Of a stretch of 64,000 nucleotides of DNA, positions 28,686 to 38,056 are shown one piece after another. Every line of letters begins with the position of its first letter. Within the stretch, counting starts at the first letter, position 1. Made by a program: the position numbers and the translations under genes. Location of the stretch: NCBI GenBank assembly GCA_003158475.1, contig PMJR01000120.1, positions 13,758 to 77,757 of the forward strand, given 5' to 3'. The stretch comes from Ignavibacteriota bacterium. GTDB taxonomy: Bacteria; Bacteroidota; Ignavibacteria; UBA10030; UBA6906. The notes beneath the pieces are model-generated. The model was not told where the DNA came from. It worked only from the letters and a program-made list of their open reading frames with translations, and searched no databases.

Positions 28686-30697
28686 TGCGCACCGCCTTAC
28701 GTGTTGCGGCGGCCCTGGCACTCTTCGTGCGCCCGGGCTTTGGCCAGGGATCCGTGCTTCTGGTCGGCGGCGGAAGCGAGAATTACAACGACTGGTCGGA
28801 TGCCCCGTATCGCTGGCTTGTGCAGCACGCGCCTAACGGTCATATCCTCGTTCTCCATTACTCCACCGCCTCGACTTTTCTCCCCGCGTATTTCCAGTGG
28901 CTGGGGGCGACCTCGGCGACAAACCTCATCATCCCGTCGGCCGCCACGGCGAATGATACGAACACCGCGAACGCGATTCTCGCCTGCGACGGGATCTTCC
29001 TGCGCGGAGGGGACCAGTGGCAGTATATCTCACTCTGGAGGGGGACGCTCGCCGAGACGGCACTCCGGCAGGTCTTCCAGCGGGGAGGTGTGATCGGAGG
29101 GACCAGCGCGGGGATGGCCGTTCTGAGCCAGGTGATTTTTGACGCGCGCAACACCTCCGTCGATCCACGCGACGCGCTGAGAGATCCTCTTTCCTCGGGG
29201 ATCACATTTACAGAGAACTTCCTCGGGTTTGTCCCCGGGGTCCTTGGCGACACGCATTTCTTTGAGCGCGGGCGCCTGGGCAGGCTGATGGCAATGCTCT
29301 CCGTCTACAGGGAGCGCAACGGCCGGTGGATCACCGGTGTCGGAGTCGATTACAGCACAGCGCTTGCGATCGACATGAGCGGGGATGCCCGGGTCATGGG
29401 GGCCGGGACGGTGACAGTTTTGCGCGGGACTGCCGGGACAACCTACTCGATCGCGCCCGGCAACCCGTTGGCCATGTCGAATCTTCGGATGGACATGCTG
29501 ACGCCCGGCTACCAGATCAATCTTTCCAGCGGCGAGATCCGGCCTCCCTCAGGTGCGCTTCCATTCTCACCGAACGAGGTGCACTGCGTTGCCTCGCCAC
29601 TTATACTGGACGGGAGCGGATCGGCGGCACTCTGGACAGGCGCGACAGGGAGTCTGAATCATTTCGTAGCGGCGCTCTCATCGCCGGCGGATACCGTCGG
29701 GGTGATCTCCCGGGCCGGGTCCACATCAGGCTCGGCGAGCGTTGGCGCTTTTCTGGATGCGAGGGGGGTCGCCTGGCGCGCACTCGGTGTCAGCGACGGG
29801 ACGAAGAACGACCCTGCCCTGGCCGCGCTGTGCCACGGGTGCAGGGGGTTCGTCTTCGTCAGCAACAGTGCGGAGAGTCTTGCGGGTTTCTTCACGTCGA
29901 CGCTTCTGGGTGCTTCGTTCGCGGCCCAACTCCAGAACAACTCCCCGGCCCTGATGCTCTCCGGCGACTGTGCTCTGGCCGCAGACAGCGCCGTCGGGAG
30001 TATCGGGGCAGATGCCGATGGCGCCTACTACGGCACACTGACACGCCTGAAGGGGCTCGGCATCGCCCGAGGAATTGAAATCATGCCGCGTCTCTATGAT
30101 GACGCGGACTCGATCGACAATCGCTTCAGCGGTCTTTTCTGGGGAATGGGGAGGTCGAGAGCGGCGTACGGCCTCCTCCTGGACGGGGGAACTTCAGCAC
30201 AGGTAAGCTCTGCAGGGCTTCTGAGCATCTCCGGGACGACCCCGGCAATCGTGGTCGACGCCCGCGGGGTCACCTCGCTCGACTTTCCATCATTCCGCGC
30301 CAATGTGAGGTCCAATCCACGTGTGGGTGCCGCGCTGGTAGGCGCCGTGATCCATGTCGTCCGCGACGCGCAGACATTCGATCTCGCCTCCGGCGAAATC
30401 CTCGGCGTGCGCACTGTCCGGCCGGCCCCTCCGGAGGATTTCTTCCTCTCGCAGAGTTATCCGAATCCCTTTAACCCGGCGACCCGTCTCCAGTTCCGCA
30501 TCGCACGGCATCAACCGGTTCGCCTGATCGTCTACGACCTCACAGGGAAGGAGATCGCGACGCTCCTGGATGGACCGGTGGATCCCGGGACGTACACTGT
30601 GACCTTCGACGGGAGCGGACTCGCCAGCGGCGTGTATTTCTGCCGGCTCCTCTCTCCGCCTTTCGCACAAACCCGAAAACTCGTCCTGATCCGATGA
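28685..30697 (+). CDS. Secreted tandem peptidase-S51 (cyanophycinase-like) protein with T9SS C-terminal sorting domain
   Basis: Domain 1: LLVGGGSE, FLRGGDQWQY, GGTSAGMAVL, HFFERGRLGRLMAML, paralleling CphB. Second degenerate S51-like half. C-terminal SQSYPNPFNPATRLQF...GVYFCRL. Confidence 0.75.
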   Translation: MRTALRVAAALALFVRPGFGQGSVLLVGGGSENYNDWSDAPYRWLVQHAPNGHILVLHYSTASTFLPAYFQWLGATSATNLIIPSAATANDTNTANAILACDGIFLRGGDQWQYISLWRGTLAETALRQVFQRGGVIGGTSAGMAVLSQVIFDARNTSVDPRDALRDPLSSGITFTENFLGFVPGVLGDTHFFERGRLGRLMAMLSVYRERNGRWITGVGVDYSTALAIDMSGDARVMGAGTVTVLRGTAGTTYSIAPGNPLAMSNLRMDMLTPGYQINLSSGEIRPPSGALPFSPNEVHCVASPLILDGSGSAALWTGATGSLNHFVAALSSPADTVGVISRAGSTSGSASVGAFLDARGVAWRALGVSDGTKNDPALAALCHGCRGFVFVSNSAESLAGFFTSTLLGASFAAQLQNNSPALMLSGDCALAADSAVGSIGADADGAYYGTLTRLKGLGIARGIEIMPRLYDDADSIDNRFSGLFWGMGRSRAAYGLLLDGGTSAQVSSAGLLSISGTTPAIVVDARGVTSLDFPSFRANVRSNPRVGAALVGAVIHVVRDAQTFDLASGEILGVRTVRPAPPEDFFLSQSYPNPFNPATRLQFRIARHQPVRLIVYDLTGKEIATLLDGPVDPGTYTVTFDGSGLASGVYFCRLLSPPFAQTRKLVLIR

Positions 30698-32196
30698 AAG
30701 CTCCCGCACGGTCCGTCGTCCGATCCACAGGTCTCTGCGCACTCCTGTTGCTTCTCGCGCTTCCAGTTCGCCCGCAACCACGATTACAATCCCCCGTCGA
30801 ACGTTCCGGTTTCGAACGGCTGACCTCCTACGACACGCTGCAGGCGTTTCTGGAAACCCTGGACGGGAGGGGACATTGCACGGTCAGGCGTATTGCGCAG
30901 ACGCACAAGGGGCGGAGTGTGTCGTCAGTTCTCGTCACTTCCTCCCCCCGTTTCGGCGAGGATACGTTGAAGCTGCGCGTGATGCTCTTCGCACAGCAGC
31001 ATGGGGACGAGCCCTCGGGAAAAGAAGCACTGACACTCCTCCTTGCACGGATTGCCGGGCTCGACCTGGACCGGATTCTCTCGCGGATTGACCTGATCAT
31101 CGTCCCCCAGATGAACCCCGACGGTTCGGAACTCCGCCAGCGGCGCACCGCGGATGACGTCGACCTCAACCGCAATCATCTCCTGCTGACTTCGCCTGAA
31201 ACACGCGGGCTCCACGATCTCTTTGACACCTGGTGGCCCGAGGTGACGATGGACATTCATGAGTACGGGCCGAACAGCCGGGCCTGGAGCGATTCCGGTT
31301 TCGTGAAGTCCGTCGACGTCCAGCTTGGCATGCTGACCAATCTCAACTCGTCCGGGGCGCTCCGCGTGTATGAGAGGGGTTCGGCCTTCCCCTTTGTCGA
31401 TTCGACGATGCAGAAGTGCGGCTACTCGTTCCATGAATACATTGTCGGCTCGCCGGAGGATTTCATCCGTTACAGCACGACGGAGCCCAATGACGGGCGG
31501 CAGAGTTTCGGGATACTGAACACGCTCTCGTTCATTCAGGAAGGACGCGGCGGCACGGAGCTTGAGGATGGTCTGGAACGGCGCGCCAGGTCACAGTGTG
31601 CTTCCATCGAGGCGCTGCTGGCTTTCTGTGCCGGCCGGTCCGCGGAGATCCGCACTCTCGTAGCCCGTGAACGCCGGGCGCTGGTCGCGGGTCGGGGACT
31701 GCCGGTCGTTCTCTGCATGGACCATTTCGTCGGGGGGAGGAAGATGATCATCCCCGTCCGGCGCGTACCCTCGGGACGGGATACGCTCTGGCAGGTGCAT
31801 CCGCTTCACGACCAGGTGAAGCCCCTCTGCACGCGCTCCCTCCCGTCCGGCTACATCATTCCGGGAGAACTCACCGGCATCAGGGAGATTCTCGACCGCC
31901 ACCACGTGCAGCGGGAGATCGTTGTCGGTTCGCGGCGGGTGGATGCCGTCGCCTACATAATCGAGAGCGTGCAACCCGACACCCTGGAGGGGGAGTGGCA
32001 TCCCAGGCCGTCACTCCGGGCCGAAAAAGTCAAAAGGGTTCTGCGTACGGGAGATATCGTCGTGCGTACGGATCAAACCCGTTCGCTCTTCCTGGGGATT
32101 CTCCTGGAGCCCGAATCGATGTGGGGGCTCGTCAAGTACGACGGCTTCAGTTCACTGCTCCAGGGGAGGGAGTATCCGATACTCAGGATCCCGTGA
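30694..32196 (+). CDS. Secreted M14 family zinc carboxypeptidase (MpaA / gamma-D-Glu-diamino acid peptidase-like)
   Basis: Signal peptide. HGDEPSG (HxxE zinc ligands), NRNH, DIHEY. 4-nt overlap with the upstream gene. Confidence 0.75.
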   Translation: MKAPARSVVRSTGLCALLLLLALPVRPQPRLQSPVERSGFERLTSYDTLQAFLETLDGRGHCTVRRIAQTHKGRSVSSVLVTSSPRFGEDTLKLRVMLFAQQHGDEPSGKEALTLLLARIAGLDLDRILSRIDLIIVPQMNPDGSELRQRRTADDVDLNRNHLLLTSPETRGLHDLFDTWWPEVTMDIHEYGPNSRAWSDSGFVKSVDVQLGMLTNLNSSGALRVYERGSAFPFVDSTMQKCGYSFHEYIVGSPEDFIRYSTTEPNDGRQSFGILNTLSFIQEGRGGTELEDGLERRARSQCASIEALLAFCAGRSAEIRTLVARERRALVAGRGLPVVLCMDHFVGGRKMIIPVRRVPSGRDTLWQVHPLHDQVKPLCTRSLPSGYIIPGELTGIREILDRHHVQREIVVGSRRVDAVAYIIESVQPDTLEGEWHPRPSLRAEKVKRVLRTGDIVVRTDQTRSLFLGILLEPESMWGLVKYDGFSSLLQGREYPILRIP

Positions 32197-32226
32197 GCAG
32201 GCGGCAATGCATAGGAGGAGAATCCG

Positions 32227-33336
32227 ATGCGCATTAAGAGAATTGAATTGCGACACACGAAAATGGAGCTGGTGTCCCCGTTTGAAACCTCCCTGGGTGT
32301 GGAACTCTTCGAGGAACATATCATCGTGCGCGTGGACGGGGACGGCGTCACCGGTTGGGGGGAATGCGTCGTGGAACCGACACCCTCGTATTCTTACGAG
32401 ACGCTGCAGACCGCCTGGCATATATTGAAAGATTTCCTCATCCCGGGAATCCTGGGAAAAGAGATCACCGGCGTGGGGGACGCGCTTGCGCTGAACGCCT
32501 GGGTCAGGGGGCACCGGATGGCGCGGGCGGGACTCGAGGCGGCTCTGTCGGATGCCTTCGCCAGGGCCCGAGGGGTCTCCCTTTCGGCGTTCCTCGGCGG
32601 GACGCGTGTGCGCATACCCGTCGGCGTCAGTGTCGGTCTCCAAGCGACGCCGGCGGAGCTCCTTCGCGTGATCGGAGGCTACCTGGCGGACGGATACAAG
32701 CGGATCAAGATCAAGATTGCGCCGGGAAGGGATATCGCCCTCGTGCAGGCGGTCCGGAAAGAATTCCCGGATATCCAACTCCAGGTAGATGCAAACTCAG
32801 CGTTCACGCTGAACGATAGTGATATGCTCCGCTCGCTGGATGATTACAGCCTCCAGCTCGTCGAACAACCCCTTGGCTACGATGACATCTACGATCATTC
32901 CCTCCTGCAGAGGCAGATGAGGACGCCGATCTGCCTCGACGAGAGCATCTACAATCTCTCCGATACGCGTGCGGCGCTTGCGCTGGGGAGTTGCCGCATC
33001 ATCAATATCAAGCCGGGGCGCGTCGGGGGCTACACGGAGTCGATCAAGATTCACGACTTTTGCGCGTCGCAGAACGTACCCGTGTGGCACGGGGGGATGG
33101 ATGAATCGGGGATCGGACGGGCGGGCAATGTGGCGCTCGCCTCCCTTTCCAACTTCATGCTTCCGGGAGATATTTCAGCGACAAAGCGGTACTACAGGGA
33201 AGATATTGTCGAGCCGGCGTTCGAGGTGGACGCGGACGGAACGATGGCTGTGCCTACGAAGCCTGGCATCGGCGTCGATGTGATGATGGAGAGACTGGAG
33301 AGGGTTACCGTTCGAAAGGAAGAGTTCAGGATGTAG
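32227..33336 (+). CDS. Enolase-superfamily MLE-subgroup enzyme: dipeptide (L-Ala-D/L-Glu-type) epimerase / OSBS-like
   Basis: KIKIAPGRD, QVDANSAF, LVEQPL, ICLDES, IINIKPGRVGG, the metal-ligand and Lys-acid/base positions of MR/MLE enzymes. No signal peptide. Confidence 0.8.
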   Translation: MRIKRIELRHTKMELVSPFETSLGVELFEEHIIVRVDGDGVTGWGECVVEPTPSYSYETLQTAWHILKDFLIPGILGKEITGVGDALALNAWVRGHRMARAGLEAALSDAFARARGVSLSAFLGGTRVRIPVGVSVGLQATPAELLRVIGGYLADGYKRIKIKIAPGRDIALVQAVRKEFPDIQLQVDANSAFTLNDSDMLRSLDDYSLQLVEQPLGYDDIYDHSLLQRQMRTPICLDESIYNLSDTRAALALGSCRIINIKPGRVGGYTESIKIHDFCASQNVPVWHGGMDESGIGRAGNVALASLSNFMLPGDISATKRYYREDIVEPAFEVDADGTMAVPTKPGIGVDVMMERLERVTVRKEEFRM

Positions 33337-33630
33337 TTACGCAGGCCCCTGGGCCTTTACCTGTGGACGTGTCTTCGCCGCGACCTCCTGTGTGGCGCGG
33401 GGTCGGCGCGGTTTTTTTGAGCGTGGCGTCGGTGCTTTCTTTCCTCCTTTGCGGGGGGGCTTCGCCTTCCCGGCATTCCGTTCTATCGCCTTCATCGCTT
33501 TCCGCAGATGTTTATGGATGAACGACAGATCTTTCCTTCCCGCATCGCCCATCTTGGAACTCTTCTGATGTATCCCGGCGGCAAGACGGCCGATTTCCCT
33601 TTGCAATGCTGCCGATTTCGCTTTCGACAT
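33337..33630 (-). CDS. Small Lys/Arg/Pro-rich basic protein (histone H1-like DNA-binding protein)
   Basis: 97 aa, C-terminal KPPRKGGKKAPTPRSKKPRRPRA repeats. Convergent with the epimerase (its stop is adjacent to 33336). Confidence 0.45.
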   Translation of the reverse strand: MSKAKSAALQREIGRLAAGIHQKSSKMGDAGRKDLSFIHKHLRKAMKAIERNAGKAKPPRKGGKKAPTPRSKKPRRPRATQEVAAKTRPQVKAQGPA

Positions 33631-34485
33631 GTGGTCGCCTCTCTGTTATTTTTCGATTGCCCAATAATAGGCGAAACTCCCGCCAATGTCAATGAAGCGT
33701 CCGGCAGTTGTTATTCACCTGCGGGCAGAAATCCTTCTTCGTCAGGTGGAACATGTCCACACTGGCCTTGCAGGCAGAAAAGGGACGAAGCTCTCAGAAA
33801 CAGGAATCCCAGCAACCAGGGTGGAGAGGGATGTGGGGGCTCTTCCGCTTGACACAGTTCGAAAGATTTCGTAAAGAGTATAAGCTATTTTCCCCTGGTC
33901 TGGTTCCAATTTTGCGCCACGTCCTTCGTGTCGGGGGCATTCTTCCAGTCGCGCCGGATGATGCTCGCGAAGCAACACGCCCTCCGAACTCTAGTGAGGA
34001 CACCGCATGCATTCCCGGTGTCCGCCCTCTTCATGAAGTTACTTCAATCCTCTTTTCTTCTTTTCTATGAACACCTGGGCGTCGACGGGCGATGAACAGA
34101 TGGGGCATACATAACTGCGAGTGGTCTCGTTGAAGTCCGGCTCGCGCGTCTGCCTGCAATTCGGACATCGGATTGTGAGAGGTCTTTTGTCTTCCCGTTT
34201 TGCCACAGTGCGTTCCCGGTCATTGGGAATTCTGATTCGTCGCAGCGGGCTGCTTTTCCTCTGTCCTTGGCTGCAACGACGCTGATGTCAAATAAAAAAG
34301 ATAGGAATAATACATGACAATGTCATCCGACCGCTCGAATCGATTTGTCAATCAGGCGCCCGGCGCTGACGCATTTGATTCTGTCAGGGCAGCCATCTAT
34401 CTTACTTACGTGCGGTTTGTGTATGGATGATCTGGGTAATCATTTGAACCCAATGTGACACCTATACCGGCAAAGGGGAGCAGAG

Positions 34486-35577
34486 GTGTACCGAATGAAT
34501 AATGTCGTCGGAGGGTTCATCGGACTCCTTGGTCTGGTCGCGACTGCCGCGTCGCAATCGCTGAATGTCAGCTCCCCTGCGCAGGCGTGGAACCTCGTCT
34601 GGTCGGACGAATTTGACAGTACGAGCATCAACGGGTCCAACTGGACCTATGACACCGGAGGCGGTGGATGGGGGAACGGTGAACTGGAGAACTACACAAA
34701 TCGAGCGGCGAACGCGTCCCTCCAGAATGGGGCGCTCCTGATTGTTGCGAGGAAAGAGTCCTACGGTGGAAGCAGCTACACATCCGCCCGGCTCAAATCT
34801 CAGAATCTTCGGTCCTTTACATATGGAAGGATCGAAGCCCGGCTCAGGCTTCCTGCGGCCCAGGGATTATGGCCGGCCTTCTGGATGCTCGGGAGCAGCA
34901 TAAATCAGGTCGGTTGGCCGAAGTGCGGAGAGATCGATGTCATGGAACACATCAACACCGTTCCCCTTGTGCAAGGGACAATGCACTGGGACTACAACGG
35001 TCATGTCTCGTCCGGGGGAAGCACTTCATGCGACGTGACGCAATACCACGTCTATTCCATAGAATGGAATTCGGGCGCGATAACATGGTTTGTCGATGGA
35101 AGCCAGTACTGGCAAGGGAGTATCGCGAACAACATCAACGGCACGGATGAGTTTCATGCTCCCTTCTTCATAATTCTCAATCTTGCGGTAGGTGGAAGCT
35201 GGCCGGGGAACCCGGATGCCACAACCCCATTCCCGGATACCGTGTACGTTGACTACGTCAGGGTCTATCAGCTTGCGACGAATGTCGGAAGGGATCTCCA
35301 GGGACAGACTCCTGATCAGTGCGTTCTCCTGCAGAACTATCCCAATCCCTTCAACCCGACGACGACAATCCGTTACGGAATTCCCCACCGTTCGGCGGTG
35401 AAAATCACTCTCTACAATACACTGGGCCAACCTGCAGCGGAATTTGTGAACGGAGAGATGGATCCCGGGTACTACGAATTGACGTTGGACGGAAAAGGGA
35501 TGTCAAGCGGCGTGTATTTCTGCAGGCTGACCGCCGGGGAGAACGTCCGGACCCGCCGGTTGCTCCTCCTCAAGTAG
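34486..35577 (+). CDS. Glycoside hydrolase family 16 endo-beta-1,3-glucanase (laminarinase-like) with T9SS C-terminal sorting domain
   Basis: GELENYT and catalytic EIDVME (ExDxxE). C-terminal LQNYPNPFNPTTTIRY...GVYFCRL. Confidence 0.85.
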   Translation: MYRMNNVVGGFIGLLGLVATAASQSLNVSSPAQAWNLVWSDEFDSTSINGSNWTYDTGGGGWGNGELENYTNRAANASLQNGALLIVARKESYGGSSYTSARLKSQNLRSFTYGRIEARLRLPAAQGLWPAFWMLGSSINQVGWPKCGEIDVMEHINTVPLVQGTMHWDYNGHVSSGGSTSCDVTQYHVYSIEWNSGAITWFVDGSQYWQGSIANNINGTDEFHAPFFIILNLAVGGSWPGNPDATTPFPDTVYVDYVRVYQLATNVGRDLQGQTPDQCVLLQNYPNPFNPTTTIRYGIPHRSAVKITLYNTLGQPAAEFVNGEMDPGYYELTLDGKGMSSGVYFCRLTAGENVRTRRLLLLK

Positions 35578-35877
35578 TAAGTCTGTTTTTCCGGCCAGAC
35601 GGAGAAGAGCTTCGGGCTTGTAGGGACTGACTCTGGTCATGACGAGCACAATCAGGGGCTCCCCCCCCGGGCAGCGTATGACGTTCCGGGCCGGCCGCTG
35701 ACGGTGCTTGTGAACGAAGAAAAACCGGCGGGGAATTCCCCGGTCGCATTCGATGCCGCTGGATTTGCAAACGGAGTCTCTCTACTACGGGCTTCGGGGT
35801 GCAGGCTTTGTCCGGACCCGGACGATGCTTCCCCTGAAGTCACGCTCACACTCTCTCACTCATAACGGAGGTCCCCC

Positions 35878-36240
35878 ATGATTCCGAAGACACTGTTCTT
35901 TCTCCTGTTTGTGGCGTGTTCTGCCACAGCGCTGGCCCAGGACCCGAACCCACCTCAGACCGGGAGCACAAAAACCCCGGTGATTAAACAACGCCAGATG
36001 AACCAGAGGGCGCGCATAAGGCAGGGGGTCCGTAGCGGGGAACTGACGAAAGGGGAGGCGAGGAACCTGAGGCAGGAACAAAGGACGATTCAGGCCGAAA
36101 AACAGATGGCGAAGGCGGACGGCAAGGTGACGCCTGCGGAGAGGGCGAAGCTGCGACGGGACCAGAACAAAGCCAGCAAGGATATCTACCGCCTGAAGCA
36201 TAACAACCGTGAGCGCGGGGAACAGCCCCTGACGAAGTAA
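35878..36240 (+). CDS. Small secreted charged protein (possible LTxxQ/Spy-CpxP-like periplasmic protein)
   Basis: RBS ggagg. Signal MIPKTLFFLLFVACSATALAQ. K/R/Q/E-rich helical remainder. Confidence 0.45.
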   Translation: MIPKTLFFLLFVACSATALAQDPNPPQTGSTKTPVIKQRQMNQRARIRQGVRSGELTKGEARNLRQEQRTIQAEKQMAKADGKVTPAERAKLRRDQNKASKDIYRLKHNNRERGEQPLTK

Positions 36241-36579
36241 TCCGGATGAAACCAATAAGCGGGGCTATGATCTCTTCCGGCGTCCCCCGCTGAAGCACGT
36301 TGACCGAATCGATAGTCCCTTTGTCGCCCGGTACCCGAGTGCCCGCTTCACGGATGCCGGGTCGTGACGCGTCAAACACATGGTCCTGGTCATCGTCGCT
36401 GCGTGCATCGGCTCCTGCACGCCGTCCACTTCCGCCGGACCTGCTCCGGGGGTGCACGATCCCGGCGTGTGCGGAGGTCCCCCTGGAGCGGGAGGAGCGC
36501 TCCCCGGCCTCACGGCGGACGAGACGACGTTTTTCCAGGATGGCCTCACGAGGTCCCTTGAGATGGATAGACGCACAGT

Positions 36580-36924
36580 GTGAAACGGAAATCGGAAAAG
36601 GATGCATACCTCCGTATCTGGCGCACGGTGTACCGCATACCAAGGGGGAAGGTCGCATCATACGGGACGATCGCGACTTTGAGCGGGTTCCCCCGCCAGG
36701 GGCGTCTGGCCGGATATGCTCTTCATAATCTCCCCGTTGGTACGGGGGTCCCCTGGCACAGGGTCGTTAATGTCAGGGGGATGATCTCGCTTCCGGGGAA
36801 GAGAGGAGAAAAACAGACACGCCTTCTGCGGGAGGAAGGGATCGTATTGACCCGGGGGCGCATCAATATGGAGAATTTCGAATGGCGAACCGTGTATAGG
36901 TCACGCAAAAGAAAATTGACATAG
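36580..36924 (+). CDS. Alkyltransferase-like (ATL) protein: MGMT DNA-binding domain with Trp in place of the acceptor Cys
   Basis: YRIPRGKVASYGTIA...VPWHRVVNVRGMIS (the PCHRV motif of MGMT reads PWHRV here). GTG start. Confidence 0.75.
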   Translation: MKRKSEKDAYLRIWRTVYRIPRGKVASYGTIATLSGFPRQGRLAGYALHNLPVGTGVPWHRVVNVRGMISLPGKRGEKQTRLLREEGIVLTRGRINMENFEWRTVYRSRKRKLT

Positions 36925-36960
36925 AAGCAGATTTTACTTGACATTTATAATTTATATGTG
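36915..36960 (+). promoter_or_regulatory. AT-rich promoter region with two TTGACA boxes upstream of marR
   Basis: ttgacatagaagcagattttacttgacatttataatttatatgtg; a local GC drop. Confidence 0.3.
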
Positions 36961-37413
36961 TACAGTTCATGTATGAATGACTATGGAGCTTGTCCGACTG
37001 ACGGTACACTGGGCCTTCTGACTCTCCTCATCAGGAATGGACGATTGGCAGAATCCAGATTGGATCAGGCTCTCGGGTCTGCAGGTTTGACATTTGTCAA
37101 GTGGCGGATGCTCGATGCTATCGTGAAGGCGGAATCGCCTGTCTCTCTCGGTAAACTCGCGGAACACCTGCATTGCGTGAAATCGAACGTCACACAGTTG
37201 ACAGATCGGCTGGAGGCAGAAGGGACTGTCAGGCGAGTTTCAGATCAGGAGGACCGGCGCAGCATACTCATGGAGCTGACCGAATCAGGGAGGAATATGC
37301 ATAAAGACGGACTGGAAGCGCTACAATCGACAACTCGTGAGTTCTTTGCCAGTTCGAGCGAGGAACAGAGGAACTCCCTGAGACGTTTCCTGGAGATCCT
37401 GAGTGGAGCTTGA
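36958..37413 (+). CDS. MarR family transcriptional regulator
   Basis: Winged-helix (LTFVKWRMLDAIVKAESPVSLGKLAEHLHCVKSNVTQLTDRLEAEG). Confidence 0.8.
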   Translation: MYSSCMNDYGACPTDGTLGLLTLLIRNGRLAESRLDQALGSAGLTFVKWRMLDAIVKAESPVSLGKLAEHLHCVKSNVTQLTDRLEAEGTVRRVSDQEDRRSILMELTESGRNMHKDGLEALQSTTREFFASSSEEQRNSLRRFLEILSGA

Positions 37414-37525
37414 ATCCCATTGGAAATGCGGTCGGTTTTTTTTGTATATATAATTCACTTCTGTACTGTTCTTTAATGTACAACCGCTCCGTCATAAAGG
37501 GGCACAAACCAGAAAGGAAGAAACA

Positions 37526-38056
37526 ATGGCAGCAATCGGATTGTTGATCGCCCGCCTCATCGTCGGGATAGCCATGGCGGCACACGGCTCGCAGAAGGCA
37601 TTCGGCTGGTTCGGGGGTCATGGCTTGAAGGGAACTGGGGGCTTCTTTGAGTCGCTGGGTTACAAGCCCGGCGTTCTGTTCGCAGGCTTTGCAGCCTTCG
37701 GTGAACTGGCAGGGGGCTTACTGACGGCACTCGGACTCTTCGGTCCCATCGGCCCGGCCTTAATTGTTCTCGTGATGATCGTCGCCGCCGGCACCGTCCA
37801 TGTCCAGAACGGCTTCTTCGCATCCAAGAACGGATACGAGCTCCACGCATTCTATGTCGCGGCCGCGCTTGCGCTCACGTTCGGTGGTCCGGGGACGCTC
37901 TCACTTGACGGCGTCCTGGGTCTGGATCGGTACTTCAGCGGCCCGGTCGACGCGACAGTGATCGGGGCCGGGGTCGTGATCGGCCTCATCAACCTCACGC
38001 TCCGCCGCACTGCCCGATCAGGGGGAACGCATACGGTCGCAACCCCCGGTGCATGA
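37526..38056 (+). CDS. DoxX family membrane protein
   Basis: MAAIGLLIARLIVGIAMAAHGSQK... four TM helices. The MarR-DoxX pairing is a recurrent arrangement. Confidence 0.8.
   Translation: MAAIGLLIARLIVGIAMAAHGSQKAFGWFGGHGLKGTGGFFESLGYKPGVLFAGFAAFGELAGGLLTALGLFGPIGPALIVLVMIVAAGTVHVQNGFFASKNGYELHAFYVAAALALTFGGPGTLSLDGVLGLDRYFSGPVDATVIGAGVVIGLINLTLRRTARSGGTHTVATPGA

Noticed and set aside
34125-34150. RNase P-like string gaagtccggctc
   Set aside because: Only a 12-nt resemblance to the P4 region. No flanking conserved RNase P helices or motifs.
35729-35742. 14-nt perfect palindrome cggggaattccccg between GH16 and the small secreted gene
   Set aside because: An isolated short palindrome. It could be an operator or a weak terminator, but the evidence is too thin to annotate.
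35984-36728. 225-aa minus and 142-aa plus ORFs upstream of the ATL gene
   Set aside because: R/S/G/P-rich low-complexity products with no start context. The region is treated as intergenic apart from the doubtful 67-aa ORF noted in the findings.
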